A stretch of 64,000 nt of DNA from Eledone cirrhosa (GCA_964016885.1 OZ024746.1:85188001-85252000), one strand, 5' to 3'; counted from the first letter of the stretch, positions 27,153 through 42,531 are shown. Notes: a model not told the origin generated them from the letters alone. Numbers and translations are program-made.

Positions 27153-27898
27153 GGTATGTATCTTTCTTTCTATTTATCTATCTCTTTATCTACCCATCTC
27201 TACCTTACTTTTTCTCTCCCCTCTCCCCATCTACCCTCTTTTTCTCACCACCCTCTTTTCCCCCTCTGCCTGTCTGTGTGTGTGTGTGTGTGTGTATGTG
27301 CGTGCGCCAGTGTGCATGCGTGTACCTTTCTGCATAAACACACATTTACTCATTCACATTTTCAGCACCAATACTTATCAACACCACCATTTCCATTACT
27401 AAAACCACCATCACTACTACATCATTCAACAACAACAACAACAACAATGACAATAGCAACAACAACGCAGGTAAAGGACAAGCAGTTCAACCGGGTGGAG
27501 GCTGTCATGCCTCCGCGCCTTCTAATACTCAATTGCCTCTGACACTCAATTGGAGAAGCATTTTTAGTTGCAGTTTGTGTGCCTGCATTTACAAGCACCC
27601 ACACGTGTGCACACTTGAAATGGTGTTTATATATATATATATACATATATATAAATGGGGAGGGGAGTGTATGTGTGTGTGTGTGAGTATTTGTGAATCT
27701 GTATATATATATTTATGTGTGTGAGAGAGAGTATATGTGTGTATATGCGAGAGAGAGAGAGAGAGAAAAGGAGCGAACGAAAGAAAGGAAAATGAAACCA
27801 TGCAGGACTTATTGGTAAGGTGAAAGACTGGGCACGGTGGAAGATTAAAAGAAGCACCATCGAGCTGGGTACTAAGATGACCCGCACTTTAACTAATA

Positions 27899-28473
27899 AT
27901 TGGCAGTATCGGTAGAGTTACGGCCCTTGCCATTCTGAGTTCAAATCCCGCCGAGGTTACCTTTGCCTTTCATCCTTACGGGGTCGATAAAATAAAGTAC
28001 CAGTAATGTACTGGTTAATTGCTGGCCTTGTTCCAATAGCAGAAACAATTATTATTAGTGTGAATTAGCAGTATCGGTAGAGGGTCGGACGCCATGCTTT
28101 CCAGTATAGTTACGCCCCTTTACGGTCTGAGTTCAAATCCCGTCAAGGTTAACTTTTCCTTTCATCCTTACGGGGTCGATAAAATAAAGTACCAGTAATG
28201 CACTGAGTAATTGCTGGCCTTGTGCCCAAAGTAGAAATAATTATTATGTGGATTGGCGGTGAATTGGCAGTATCGGTAGAGGGTTGGACGCCATACTTTC
28301 TAGCATAGTTACATCCCTTTACGGTCTGAGTTCAAATCCCGTCGAGGTTAACTTCGCCTCTCATCCTTACGGGGTCGATAAAATAAAGCACCAGTAACGT
28401 ACTGGGGGTCGATTTAATCGACTTTCCCTTCCCCTCAAATTACTGGCCTTGTGCCTATACTAGAAATCATTAT
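27899..28473 (+). mobile_element. Three tandem Nin/Deu-domain SINEs
   Basis: Three consecutive gcagtatcggtagag...ctggccttg copies. Confidence 0.85.
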
Positions 28474-29235
28474 TGTGTTATTTCGCTTGGTTTTATTATG
28501 TTTATCTATTATCGGGTTCAGAGAGCTCATCGGAGAATGTGTGCTGTTCCTAGTAGCCGAATTTTCTATAACTCATATTTGCTGATTCTGCAAGGAAAGG
28601 CGCCAAGGCTCTGGCTGATGATTTGGGTATTAATCCAGCAAATTTGTCTACTCATGTTAACAGATCAAGTGATAAAATAAATGCCTAGTTGTTGATTTTG
28701 TTGCTACTGAAATCCAAGCTGACCCTTATCAAACACCAATGATCAAAGACGCTCTAGTCCATCCCGTCTTTTCATATATACCTCAGACTACATGATCCAA
28801 TATATCGTCACTTAAATAAACGATGGCAGGGTGAGATTTGAGAGAGATGTGTGATCTATTTCTAGCAGGATTGTGCGACAACATAGAGCAGTGGTTTGGC
28901 TCAATTTTAGTACCAGGGGTATACTTCAAATTCATAAGAACATGGGGGACGAATCTGTGTTGACAAAAAGTTTACAAATTTACAATTAATTAAAGCTAAA
29001 TTTGTGATCCTTCCTTTAACTTGTGGTTTCAAATTTGTTCAGGGAGTATGAGTTTCCCACCCCTGGAGTAAAACAGTTAAAAAAGGTACTCAATATATTG
29101 GAATAATATAGATATCTTTCTTATATAAAGACAAATGACTTTTACTGAATGAAAACTGATTCGTTCGTATGAAACCATCAGGAATATCCAATGATTTCAT
29201 GTGAATAAAAGTGTTCTAGTATTGGAGAAGTCATT

Positions 29236-29283
<48 letters not shown>

Positions 29284-29462
29284 GTAATAATAATAAATTT
29301 GAAGACTAAAATCCAAAGAGGGCTCGATAAGGATAAATATATATCAAATATATAAGAACCGTAGAGCAAATATTTATTAAAATAACAGATTAAAGTTTAA
29401 GCAAAGAATCGCTGCTTTCACCCTTAACGGGATTTTTTGAAACTAACAAAGTCAATCTATTT

Positions 29463-29534
<72 letters not shown>

Positions 29535-29875
29535 TGTATGTATGTATGTATGTATGTATGTATGTATATGTGTGTATATATATATATATATTGATATATT
29601 GAGTATATGCTGGTTGTTTACCGACACCTCAGTATGCAGATTGGAGCACTCGACGGTGTACGCAGGTTGGTTTGTTTACTCCGGAGTAATGTAAAATAAT
29701 TAAGTCAAATATGTAAAATTTGGCTTCGTTTATTATAAATTATAGATATACTGCTATATATATTTCAGTTCCTCAGAGAAATAACAACACAACCAGGAGC
29801 TGGACATATCGATGTATTGGCGGAGTAAAATACGCTTCAACAACATGTGAACTTGTCTTTCCCACACCAATTCGG

Positions 29876-29930
29876 ACTGCCTGAAGAGGTCACAGCCAAT
29901 GGTGGCTGTCACCGAAATATATATAGCAGT
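29876..29930 (+). ncRNA. Minimal type I hammerhead ribozyme (family C)
   Basis: ACTGC-CTGAAGA-GGT c ACAGCCA atgg TGGCTGT c ACC-GAAA-T atat A-TA-GCAGT. Confidence 0.8.
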
Positions 29931-29986
29931 ATATCTATAATTTATAATAAACGAAGCCAAATTTTACATATTTGATTTAATTATTT

Positions 29987-30049
<63 letters not shown>

Positions 30050-30050
30050 A

Positions 30051-30181
<131 letters not shown>

Positions 30182-30232
30182 AATATATATATATATGTGT
30201 GTGTGTGTGTGTATACGTATATGTACGTGTGT

Positions 30233-30325
<93 letters not shown>

Positions 30326-30394
30326 CAGATATATACATATATATATATATATACACACACACAGATATATGTACATATACGTATACACACACAC

Positions 30395-30471
<77 letters not shown>

Positions 30472-30474
<3 letters not shown>

Positions 30475-31020
30475 CAGCGATAATCGTATTTCGGCTGATA
30501 GAAAAAGCGAAACGAAACGCAAAATCGTAGAAATGCTGGCAAGCGTTCAATAGTTAAGAAAACTAGAGCTAAACAATATGTTAAAACGCCATACAAACTG
30601 AAAAACTGGTCAAGAAGGCATTAACCACCCAAGCCAAAAAACAAATCAAGCTAAACAGGTCAAACAAAATAAATAATAAAAACCTGGACCCAAATGGAAC
30701 TGGTGGTAAAATCCAAATGCAGGGTTACTATGATACCTAAATCAATAATACTGTCTGCTTAATACTATAAACTTTCAGCATAAAGATCGAACAAGGAATA
30801 TCACGTTATCAACAGGTAATTCTGCTCTGTAACCAACTTTGCGAGTGACGCAGAGCATAGTAAACGCACATGCGTAAGGCACAAGGGGAAATTCCCCATA
30901 TTTTGGCAAAGGAATTCAGTATGTGTATATCATACAAAAAATTGCATAGATAGCACAAATCGAATAAGCACTCAACCGGGTAGTTTTTAAAATAAACTTA
31001 TGCAATTAATCTGTCACTAG
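30472..31020. repeat. ~550-bp dispersed repeat abutting (TA)n
   Basis: Near-identical second copy at ~46942-47485, with the same left boundary aattcagcga. Confidence 0.85.
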
Positions 31021-31038
31021 TAATTGATTATATATATA

Positions 31039-31081
<43 letters not shown>

Positions 31082-31138
31082 GTGTGTATATATACGTATA
31101 TATATACATAGATTTACATATACGTATATATACACACG

Positions 31139-31245
<107 letters not shown>

Positions 31246-31332
31246 ATATATACGTATATATATACATAGATTTACATATACGTATATATACACACGTATA
31301 TATATATACATATATATATATATACACATATA

Positions 31333-31413
<81 letters not shown>

Positions 31414-31798
31414 GTGTGTATATATACGTATATATATACATAGATTTACATATACGTATATATACACACGTATATATATAATCAATTACTAGTGTTAGTG
31501 GATGGAATCTGAAGACCCTTTACTTTGACAATAGTAAAAGAAAAGGGGATTCTATACATTATTGGTTATCACTACGTTATTACTTTTATTTATTTATTTT
31601 ATCTTTGGCTTCATTTCCAATTATAAACTGAACAGTTCAAGTGCACTGTTACTACACATTCTAAGTAATTTGCTACTGGTAAACAGAGACTTGCTAACAC
31701 ACGTTTCTGCTGGACTTCTTTTTTTAATTATCGATGTCATTTATATTTATTCTCCCCATATATACTCTCTCTTTCTCTCTCTCTCTCTTTCTCTCTCT

Positions 31799-31858
<60 letters not shown>

Positions 31859-32102
31859 CTCTCCATCTCGCTCTCTCTCTCTCTTTATCTCTCTCTCTCT
31901 CTCTTTCTCTCTCGCTCCATCTCTCTCTCCATCTCTCATCTCTCTCTCTCTTTGTCTTTCTCTCTCACCACCTCTCTCTCTCTCTCTCTGACTCACTCTC
32001 TCTCTCCTCTCTCTCTTCTTTCACTCTCTCGTTCTTTCTCTCTCTCTCTCTCTTTCTTTCTTTCTCTCTCTTTCTCTCTCTCTCTTTCTTTCTTTTTTTC
32101 TC

Positions 32103-32133
<31 letters not shown>

Positions 32134-32891
32134 CTTTCTATAATATTCAGTCAGTATCTGAGGGATATTTGGTTCAATTCCTCGTACCGGATGCTGTCAA
32201 CTTTTTTTCCCTCTATAAGGGGTCTTTACCCAATTTTCTCACCTATTTGTGGCTGAATCGACTGAATTTACAGTTAATTTCTGCGTCAGAGCACACCAGA
32301 TTTTCTATGAATATATATATATGTGTGTGCGTGTGCGCGCGCGTGTGTGTGTGGATGTAGCATTGCCCATTGGTTAAGAAGTTTGCTTGACAATCATTCG
32401 ACCCCAATACGTAGCATCTTCGGCGCGTGTCTTTGACCCAGGCTTTGTCAAGGAAATAGAGAAAATGTTTAGAAGACAATTGAATGAACTTTAACTGTAA
32501 TTGAAAAGACCAGCGCAGTCACGCACTGTGTTCATCTACATAATATCACACTCAAACCATTCTCTTGGTCTAACAACCGGAATACTCATTGTCGAAGCAC
32601 AGAAGTGTATAAACATTAATGAAAGAGGTAATCAACGCATAATGTGGAAATTAAATATACCTGTTAACAGTTTGACTTACGCCTGCATTATCATTGCAGT
32701 ACAAACGAGGAAAATATAACTGCCAAGTAGGTGTCAACAGAGGCCACAACAGTTCAGCCACAACAGCCCAGGCTTCGCTGCTCGCCAGGCCAAAGAGGGC
32801 AGACTGTCAAAGTATCGCCAGCTCTCTGATTTGTGGTTTGTGGTCAAGCCTGTGGGCAGTGGTACAGCCTGTGGTGTACCCTGTGGCAGTG

Positions 32892-33545
32892 GTGACCACA
32901 AGGTTGAGTGACTGTTCAAACACGTCACCCTCACCATCTTCCGGAGCAATGTCTTTCTCCATCCTCTCCGCCGTGACCACAAGGTTGAGTGACTGTTCAA
33001 ACACGTCACCCTCACCATCTTCCGGAACAATGTCTTCTCCATCCTCTCCGCTCGTGACCCACAAGGTTGAGTGACTGTTCAAACACGTCACCCTCACCAT
33101 CTTCCGGAACAATGTCTTCTCCATCCTCTCCGCCGTGACCACAAGGTTGAGTGACTGTTCAAACACGTCACCCTCACCATCTTCCGGAGCAATGTCTTCT
33201 CCATCCTCTCCGCCGTGACCACAAGGTTGAGTGACTGTTCAAACACGTCACCCTCACCATCTTCCGAGCAATGTCTTCTCCATCCTCTCCGCCGTGACCA
33301 CGAGGTGGAATGATTGCTCAAGCATGTCACCCTCACCATCTTCCGGAGCAATGTCTTCTCCATCCTCTCCGCCGTGACCACGAGGTGGAATGATTGCTCA
33401 AGCATGTCACCCTCACCATCTTCTGGAGCAATGTCTTCTCCATCCTCTCCGCCGTGACCACAAGGTTGAGTGACTGTTCAAACACGTCACCATCACCATC
33501 TTCCGGAACAATGTCTTCTCCATCCTCTCTGCCGTGACCACGAGG
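32892..33545. repeat. GC-rich 80-bp minisatellite, 8 units
   Basis: Unit starts at 32892, 32973, 33054, 33135, 33215, 33294, 33374, 33454 and 33534 (partial). Confidence 0.95.
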
Positions 33546-34269
33546 AGGACTGACGCATAACCTGCTTGTGAGATTGAGTACAAGTATTAGATTACGCTAC
33601 ATTTCGGTACTACTATACTTATTTCCTTTGGGTTACATGCTACTTCCAAATTTTAATGAAACAGCGAGGCCTGAAACACTACTCAAGCCAAACCTTACTA
33701 TACAGTCCATCCACATTCACGAATTTATTTGAAAATTTCCCTGCCAACATTTAATTACCAAGCTTCGATTCTACAGAATATTTACTGTAACTTCGCGTCG
33801 ATTCTTCAATTCATCACTATGGACTGTGCTCGAAAAATACAAATTATCTTGATTCTGAATTCACATTGGAAGGCAATGTGAAGCAGTTGAGAGACAAAAA
33901 ATACAGATTATCTTGATTCTGATTCACATTGAAGGCAATGTGAAGCAGTTGAGAGACAACAGCTTATTGTCATTTTGTAATTTTGATATAAGCATAATTC
34001 CAGTTGTTAAATGCTCCATGTAATGTTGGAGAAAATCATTTATATACACACATTTTCATAACTCATATTCTCTTCATTTTCTCCTTATTTCCACTCTATT
34101 ATTTATGTCTATGTCCATCTATCTTCACTCTCTTCCTCTATTTTAGTATTAATAATTCTCTTTTCTACATTTTTATTCTTTCCGCTTTCTCTTTCATGTT
34201 CTCTTCTCCTCTCCACTGTCTCTCCTCTGTCTCTTTTTCTCTCTATCTGTTTAACTTTCTCTCTCTCTT

Positions 34270-34399
<130 letters not shown>

Positions 34400-35526
34400 C
34401 TTCTCTATCATTTGTGCATTTATTCCTATTTCTAAGTCTATAGTCAAATACACATTCATACAAATATAGTGTGTGCGTGCATAGTTTATATTCATGTGCA
34501 CACTCATACACAATTCCCACACACACACACTCTCTCACACACACACACATACACACATACACACATACACGCATACACACATATATATATATTTATATTT
34601 ATATATTTATATATTTATATATTTATATATTTATTTATATATATATATATTTATATATATATTTATTTATTTATATTTATTTATTTATATATTTATATTT
34701 ATATTTATATATACATGCATGCATACATATATGTATATATACATATGCATACCTGATTGCACACATTGTGACCTAACTCATTGTAAATTTCATTTGTTGA
34801 AATTTGTGTATGTGTGTGTGTGTGCCGTGTGTATGTGTATAGCTGTTTGCATTTATTTGCATGTACACATACATACACTTACATACATACACATACATAC
34901 AAACATACATAGATACATACATACATACATACATGCATACATACATTCATACATACATACATACATACATACATACATACATACATACATACATACATAC
35001 ATACATACATACATACATACATACAATCTCATACATCATGTTGTTTTGTTGAAACTTGTTTTCCCATTTAGAAATATCTCTAATTTATATTCTATTTTCA
35101 CAATATGTGGCTAATTATTACTTGCGATTTAAGTGCTAATGAATTTTACTTTTCACTTTCTACAATATATTTATTGCTTATTTTGTTTTTATTTCCTCAC
35201 CTCTACACGCATTCATTTTTCTTGTGTTCTTTAAATCAAATCTATTGTACATTAGCAGTTTTATAACTTAGCTTCCACCTTGTTTGCTTGTTTCTTTCTT
35301 TCTTTGTTGTATATGTTGGTGTTTCCTTTATGTATATTCTTTGCCACTGTATTTACTGTTCTTTTGCATTTTATTTTACTCGGAGTTTTTCTTTTAATTT
35401 TAAATTTTACCAATTTTGTTGCGTGGGAAATGTCGTTTATTTGTCGGAAACAACAAACCCACATATTTACATACACACACACACATATGTTTATCTGCGT
35501 GCCTATACACACACACACATACACAC

Positions 35527-35668
<142 letters not shown>

Positions 35669-35841
35669 GTGTGTATGTGTGTGTGTGTATAGGCACGCAG
35701 ATAAACATATATACAGAGAGATAACAGATTGTCATGTGCATACACATACAGCTATTTTCAATCACTCACATTTAAATCAATACAGGTAATCAGAAGTATA
35801 CACAGACATGCTTGGATTTCCCACATATAATCACACACTCA

Positions 35842-35935
<94 letters not shown>

Positions 35936-36092
35936 GAAAATTACACGCACCTGCTCAAAAACATACATACTTAAACACTTACATACGTCGATGTGCTTGC
36001 AATATGACATATGTACAGCCACACACACACACACACATACATACACATACATACATGCATACATACATAGATACATACATACACGCATGCAT

Positions 36093-36508
36093 TAATGGTT
36101 TCTGATTTAGACACAAGGCCAACAATTTGGGGGAGCGGACAGTCGATTAACTCCACCCAAGTGCATTACTGGTACTATATTTTATCGACCCTGTAAGGAT
36201 GAAAGACAAACCTAACCTCGGCGGAATTTGAACTCAGAACGTAAAGGGCCGTAACTCAATACTGCAAATCATGTTGTCCGCTCTACCTATACTGCCAATC
36301 TATGGCGCTGACACACGCATGCATTAATTGTCTCTATTTTAGGCACAAGGCCAGCAATTACCCAGTGCATTACTGGTACTTTATTTTATCGACCCCGTAA
36401 GGATGAAAGGCAAAGTCAATCCACGGAGGGATTTGAACTCAGATCGTAAAGGGACGAAACTATGCTGGAAAGCATGGCGTCCGACCCTCTACTGATACTG
36501 CCAATCCA
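36093..36508 (-). mobile_element. Two Nin/Deu-domain SINEs separated by a repeated target site
   Basis: acacgcat(g/a)cattaat occurs before, between and after the two copies. Confidence 0.85.
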
Positions 36509-36639
36509 CACGCATACATTAATAACACTCACATATACATGAATAACACGCAATCAGAAATATATACCCAGACATACTCATATACGGTATAACATAAGTA
36601 CACACATCTACAAAGTACAGAGATTCAGACTTTCTATAG

Positions 36640-36900
36640 ATAATGAACACAACCACAAGGATATGGTCCGAACGTGGAAGAGCCGAACTCCCACTGTCAT
36701 CGGCTCCATCTTTCTCGCCCTCCCCCATCTTTCTGCATAGTGAGCAAATGGGGTCCCATGTGCCCCATTTGCCCCCAGAGACCCAGCGGACAGAATGGAG
36801 AAGGCATTTCCCCGGATGATGGTAAGGGAGATTCGCTGGAAGAGCCATTCCAACTCGCGAGGCTCACACCTGCGGCAGGCCAGCTCAGCGCCCACGGTGG
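36640..36900 (-). mobile_element. CRE-clade retrotransposon 3' end
   Basis: ORF 36608..36913 TVGAELACRRCEPRELEWLFQRISLTIIRGNAFSILSAG, plus the shared 3' UTR. Confidence 0.85.
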
Positions 36901-37326
36901 TGAGTACACACACTACCTATACACAGGTCTGTTTCCATACTACGTCATGTTTTAGACTCCACCACCACCACCACCACCACCACCACCACCACCACTAACT
37001 TAGCTTCAGACATTGGTCAAAGGTTCCACAGTCATTAGATGGACTAGCATTTATTTTGTAGTTCTTGTTGATGGTGTTGTCTTTGGTGGTGATGATGATG
37101 GTGTGATTGGTTGTGTTGCGTGACGAGGGTGGTATTGGTGGCGGTCATGGTGGCGGTCATGGTGGCGGTCATGGTGGCGGTATTGGTGGCGGTATTGGTG
37201 TTTCTGGTCGTGTCTTTGTTAAAGTGATGATGATGGTGATGATGATGGTGATGGCGGTACTTGTGGTTGGCTTGCGGCATTGTTACCCTGGACCGCATCA
37301 GCAACAACAACAGCAGAAGCAGCAAC

Positions 37327-37405
<79 letters not shown>

Positions 37406-37407
37406 AC

Positions 37408-37547
<140 letters not shown>

Positions 37548-37558
37548 CGGTGGTAGTG

Positions 37559-37676
<118 letters not shown>

Positions 37677-37684
37677 CGGTGGTA

Positions 37685-37778
<94 letters not shown>

Positions 37779-38288
37779 CCGATGTCAGAGATATTGTTCC
37801 TCTTATTACCTTGTTTTATTAGTAAAGGATATTTATGTTTTTAGATTGCTGTTATTGCTTCATTGCTCTTCTTATTGCTGCTATTCCTTTTATTGTTCCT
37901 GTCGCTATTGTTGTTGTATTTGCTGTGGGTTTTTTAGGCATGATGCTGTTGTCGCCGTCGCCGTCGCCTTCTTCTTTTTCTTCTTCTTTTTCTTCTTCTT
38001 CCTCTTCTTCTTTTTCTTCTTCTTCTCCTCCTCCCCTTCTTCTTTTTCTTTTTTTCTTCTTCTTCTTCTCCTTCTTTTTCTTCTTCTTTTTCTTCTTCTT
38101 CTCCTCCTTCTTCTTCTTTTCTTCATCTTACTGATATTATTATTGTGGTTGTTATTATTATTGTTATTATTATTATTATTATTGAAAAGAGATAAAAAGA
38201 GAGATCTTATGTTTACATTATTGTTTGTGGTTCTATTATGCTTGTTATGGATGTTGTTGGTGTCGTCATTGTTGTTGTTGCTGTTGTT

Positions 38289-38319
<31 letters not shown>

Positions 38320-39559
38320 TTGTTGTTGTTGTTGCGGGTGTTCCATTGTTTTAATCGTTTTGCTGGAATATTTAAAGCAGGAGAAATTGCTAAACAAACA
38401 AGTAGTAAATAGAAAAAATAAATTTTAAAAGCAAATGTAAATAAACAAGCAGCAAAGAACATTGACGACGACGTATAAAGACATAATGCTAACAACAACA
38501 ACAACAACAACAACAGCAGCAGCAGCAGCAGCAGCAACCAAGCAACAGCGGCAGCAGCTACCTCAATTGCAGTTGTAGCAACAACAACAATGGCAGTAGT
38601 ATACAACAACAATAACAACAACAACAACAGCAGCAGCAGCATAAACCTCAATTGCAACATTAACCGCGGCAGCAGTAAACAAAAACAAACAACAATAATA
38701 ACAACAGCAGCAACAGCAACAACAGCAACAACAGCAGCAGCATAAACAGCAGAAGCCTCAGTTACTATTGTAGCAATAACAACAATGGCAGCAGTAAACA
38801 AAAGAACGCAAACAACAATAACAAAAAATATCAGCAACAACAACAACAACAATGTCAATAACAACAACAACAATCTCAACAATGAAACATAATAACAACA
38901 AAAAGAACTACACCAACAAAACAGCGTCCATCCCACCCCACTACCATCATCTTTAACACGAACAGCAGTTCTGTCAACTCGCCACACCTTTGACAGTGAT
39001 TATTATAGGTAGCAAATGGCAACCAAATCTCTTCCTAATCACGCCATACGGTCTTAGAAAAAAAATACTAGAAAATGGAGAACAATTATGTCCAAGGTAT
39101 ACAAAAAAGATGGAACGGATATAACTGTTAATACATTTGACGATCTGTCTAGTTAATTATTACGAATGTTGGCATGGATAAGAAATTGGGAAATTCACTT
39201 CTCAAATGAGAATGCTCATCTCAATTGCTGGCCTTGTGCCAAAAGTAGAAACTAGTATATACACAAAAGATACATATGCAATATTTTTACTGTCAGGTAT
39301 GGAGAGCAATACTCTTGACTATTTTCAGTATCTCCGAGACTGAGAAGGAGCGTATATATATATGTATATATGTATGATGTATGTGCGTATGCATGTATAT
39401 ATGCATGGATGCATGTATCTATCTATCTATCTATCTCTATCTATCTATCTATCTCTTTATCTATATATATAAATTTATATAAATTTATATATATATATTT
39501 ATATATATTTATATATATTTATATATATATAAATATGGATATATATTTATATATATATA

Positions 39560-41085
39560 GTAATAATAATAAATTTGAAGACTAAAATCCAAAGAGAACC
39601 GTAGAGCAAATATTTATTAAAATAACAGATTAAATTTTAAGCAAAGAATCGCTGCTTTCACCCTTAACGGGATCTTCTGAAACTAACAAAGTCAATCTGT
39701 AAACGCAGAAGTGAATATTTCAAAAAACGTTGCAACTGGAGGAAGACAGGAAGACGATACTTTGGTTCGTGGAAACGTTCCCTGGCAAAGAACGGGAAAA
39801 AACGAATATAATACGTCATTATTTGGAGCGGTGAAAACCAATTACACGCAAAGACAGAACCACGATTATGGTATAAAAGAAGTCGTAGACTAATATCCTC
39901 TTAGGTGGTTCATAGAGACGTTCTCTGGTAATGAACGGAAAAAACGAAGATAATACGTCATATGTGGAGCGTGGAGAACAATTGCACGCAAAGACAAAAC
40001 CACGTAAATGGTATAACTGAAGTCGTAGACTAAAATTCTAACTAGGAAACCGAATGATTCTCCGCTTCAGAGTTAAGAATAAAGTAAATAAAATACAGAG
40101 GTAATTGAAATTGAATAAATACATACACGCATCCAAATACGTAATTGTTTTTCACCGCTCCAAATAATGATGTATTATATTCGTGTTTTCCCGTTCTTTG
40201 CCAGGGAACGTTTCCACGAACCAAGGTATCGTCTGAAACTAACAAAGTCAATCTGTAAACGCAGAACTGGATATTTCAAAAAACGTTGCAACCGGAGGAA
40301 GACAGGAAGACGATACTTTGGTTCGTGGTAACGTTCGCTGGCAAAGAACGGGAAAAAACGAATAATACGTCATTAATAGGAGCGGTGAAAAACAATTACG
40401 CGCAAAGACAAAACCACGTTTATGGTATAAAAGAGGTCGTAGACTAATGTTCTCTTAGGTGGTGCATAGAGACGTTCTCTGGCATTGAACGAAAAAACGA
40501 AGATAATAAGTCATATGTGGAGCGTGGAGAACAATAGCACGCAATGGATTTTAGTCTTCAGTTTTATTATTATTACTATATATATATATATATATATATA
40601 GTTTAGCGAGGTTTTTTATATGAAATCGTGTGACGAAACAGATATTGTTATACTTGGGGAGGGTCATATTTGCGTAATATTGCCAGAATTAATAACAGAA
40701 CACACTCACTGTTTGGTTGGTTTTCGCTTCTCGCTGTCTTTTATATCTGCGATCTATATTGTGTCTATATTGTATCTGTATTATTTTTGACCGTCGGTGG
40801 ATTGGCAGTATCAGTAGAGGGTCGGACGCCATGCTTTCCAGCATAGTTACATCCCTTACGGGGTCGATAAAATAAAGTACCAGTAATGCACTGGGTAATT
40901 GCTGGCCTTGTGCCTAAAGTAGAAACAATTATTTTTGACCGTCGGTCAGTCAATGGCAACATTGAGGACCGAGTAAGTTAGATCGCAGATATAAAAGACA
41001 GCGAGAAGCGAAAACCAACCAAACAGTGAGTGTGTTCTGTTATTAATTCTGGCAATATTACGCAAATATGACCCTCCCCAAGTAT

Positions 41086-41159
<74 letters not shown>

Positions 41160-41904
41160 TAAATAACAGATTAAAGTTTAAGCAAAGAATCGCTGCTTTC
41201 ACCCTTAACGGGATCTTTACACACACATATTTATATGTGCGTGGTTTTGTATACCTATGGTAAGGTTTTGCGTATGCTTGTGTATGTACGTACTTGTTTG
41301 CGTGTATGTTTTTATTTATTTCTATTACTTCTGTATTGTATTTATTTACTTTGTTCTTAACTCTGTAGCAGAGATTCATTTGGTCTCCTAGTTAGAATTT
41401 TAGTCTACGACTTCTGCTATACCATTTACGTGGTTTTGTCTTTGCGTGCTATTGTTCTCCACGCTCCACATATGACTTATTATCTTCGTTTTTTCGTTCA
41501 TTGCCAGAGAACGTCTCTATGCACCACCTAAGAGAACATTAGTCTACGACTTCTTTTATACCATAAACGTGGTTCTGTCTTTGCGCGTAATTGTTTTTCA
41601 CCGCTCCTATTAATGACGTATTATATTCGTTTTTTCCCGTTCTTTGCCAGGGAACGTTTCCACGAACCAAAGTATCGTCTTCCTGTCTTCCTCTGGTTGC
41701 AACGTTTTTTGAAATATCCAGTTCTGCGTTTACAGATTGACTTTGTTAGTTTCAGAAGATCCCATTAAGGGTGAAAGCAGCGATTCTTTGCTTAAACTTT
41801 AATCTGTTATTTAATAAATATTTGCTCTACGGTTCTTATATATTTGATATATATTTATCCTTATCGAGCCCTCTTTGGATTTTAATCTTCAATTTTATTA
41901 TTAT

Positions 41905-41910
<6 letters not shown>
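39560..41910. repeat. Scrambled cluster of a ~0.6-kb (TA)n-associated repeat (family E), plus a second small repeat and a SINE
   Basis: Alternating + and - segments of the same sequence. Other fragments at 29283-29460 and 55811-55995. Confidence 0.85.
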
Positions 41911-41972
<62 letters not shown>

Positions 41973-42047
41973 GTATATATATCCATATTTATATATATTT
42001 ATTTGTGTGTACTTGTATATGTGTGTGTGTGTTTGCGAATGCATGTG

Positions 42048-42137
<90 letters not shown>

Positions 42138-42404
42138 TGTGTGTGTGTTATACGGTCATTCATGTATGCAGTTTGTAAATATATGCCAAGGCGAGTGCAC
42201 ATTCTCTCTCGCATACAAATGAAATAATTGAGTATCAGCAATAATTGAGTATATGTAATGCCGACATGAAAAATAATATTTAATAACACCATTTATTGTC
42301 TTATGATCACCCCTACACACACACACACACAAACACACACATACATATATATATATTATATGTATATATATGTATATATATGTATATATACATTATATGT
42401 GTAT

Positions 42405-42458
<54 letters not shown>

Positions 42459-42497
42459 TGTGTGTGTATATATATATATACATATAATGTGTGTGTA

Positions 42498-42531
<34 letters not shown>

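Noticed and set aside
28606-28655. CTGATGA-tttgg...cca
   Set aside because: No GAAA box or cleavage helix.
32892-33545. CRISPR-like array
   Set aside because: Contiguous tandem units with no unique spacers and no cas genes, in eukaryotic context.
40035-40082. Hairpin-bounded CTGAAGC on the minus strand
   Set aside because: Lacks A9 and GAAA, and the second copy (41360) does not keep the core.
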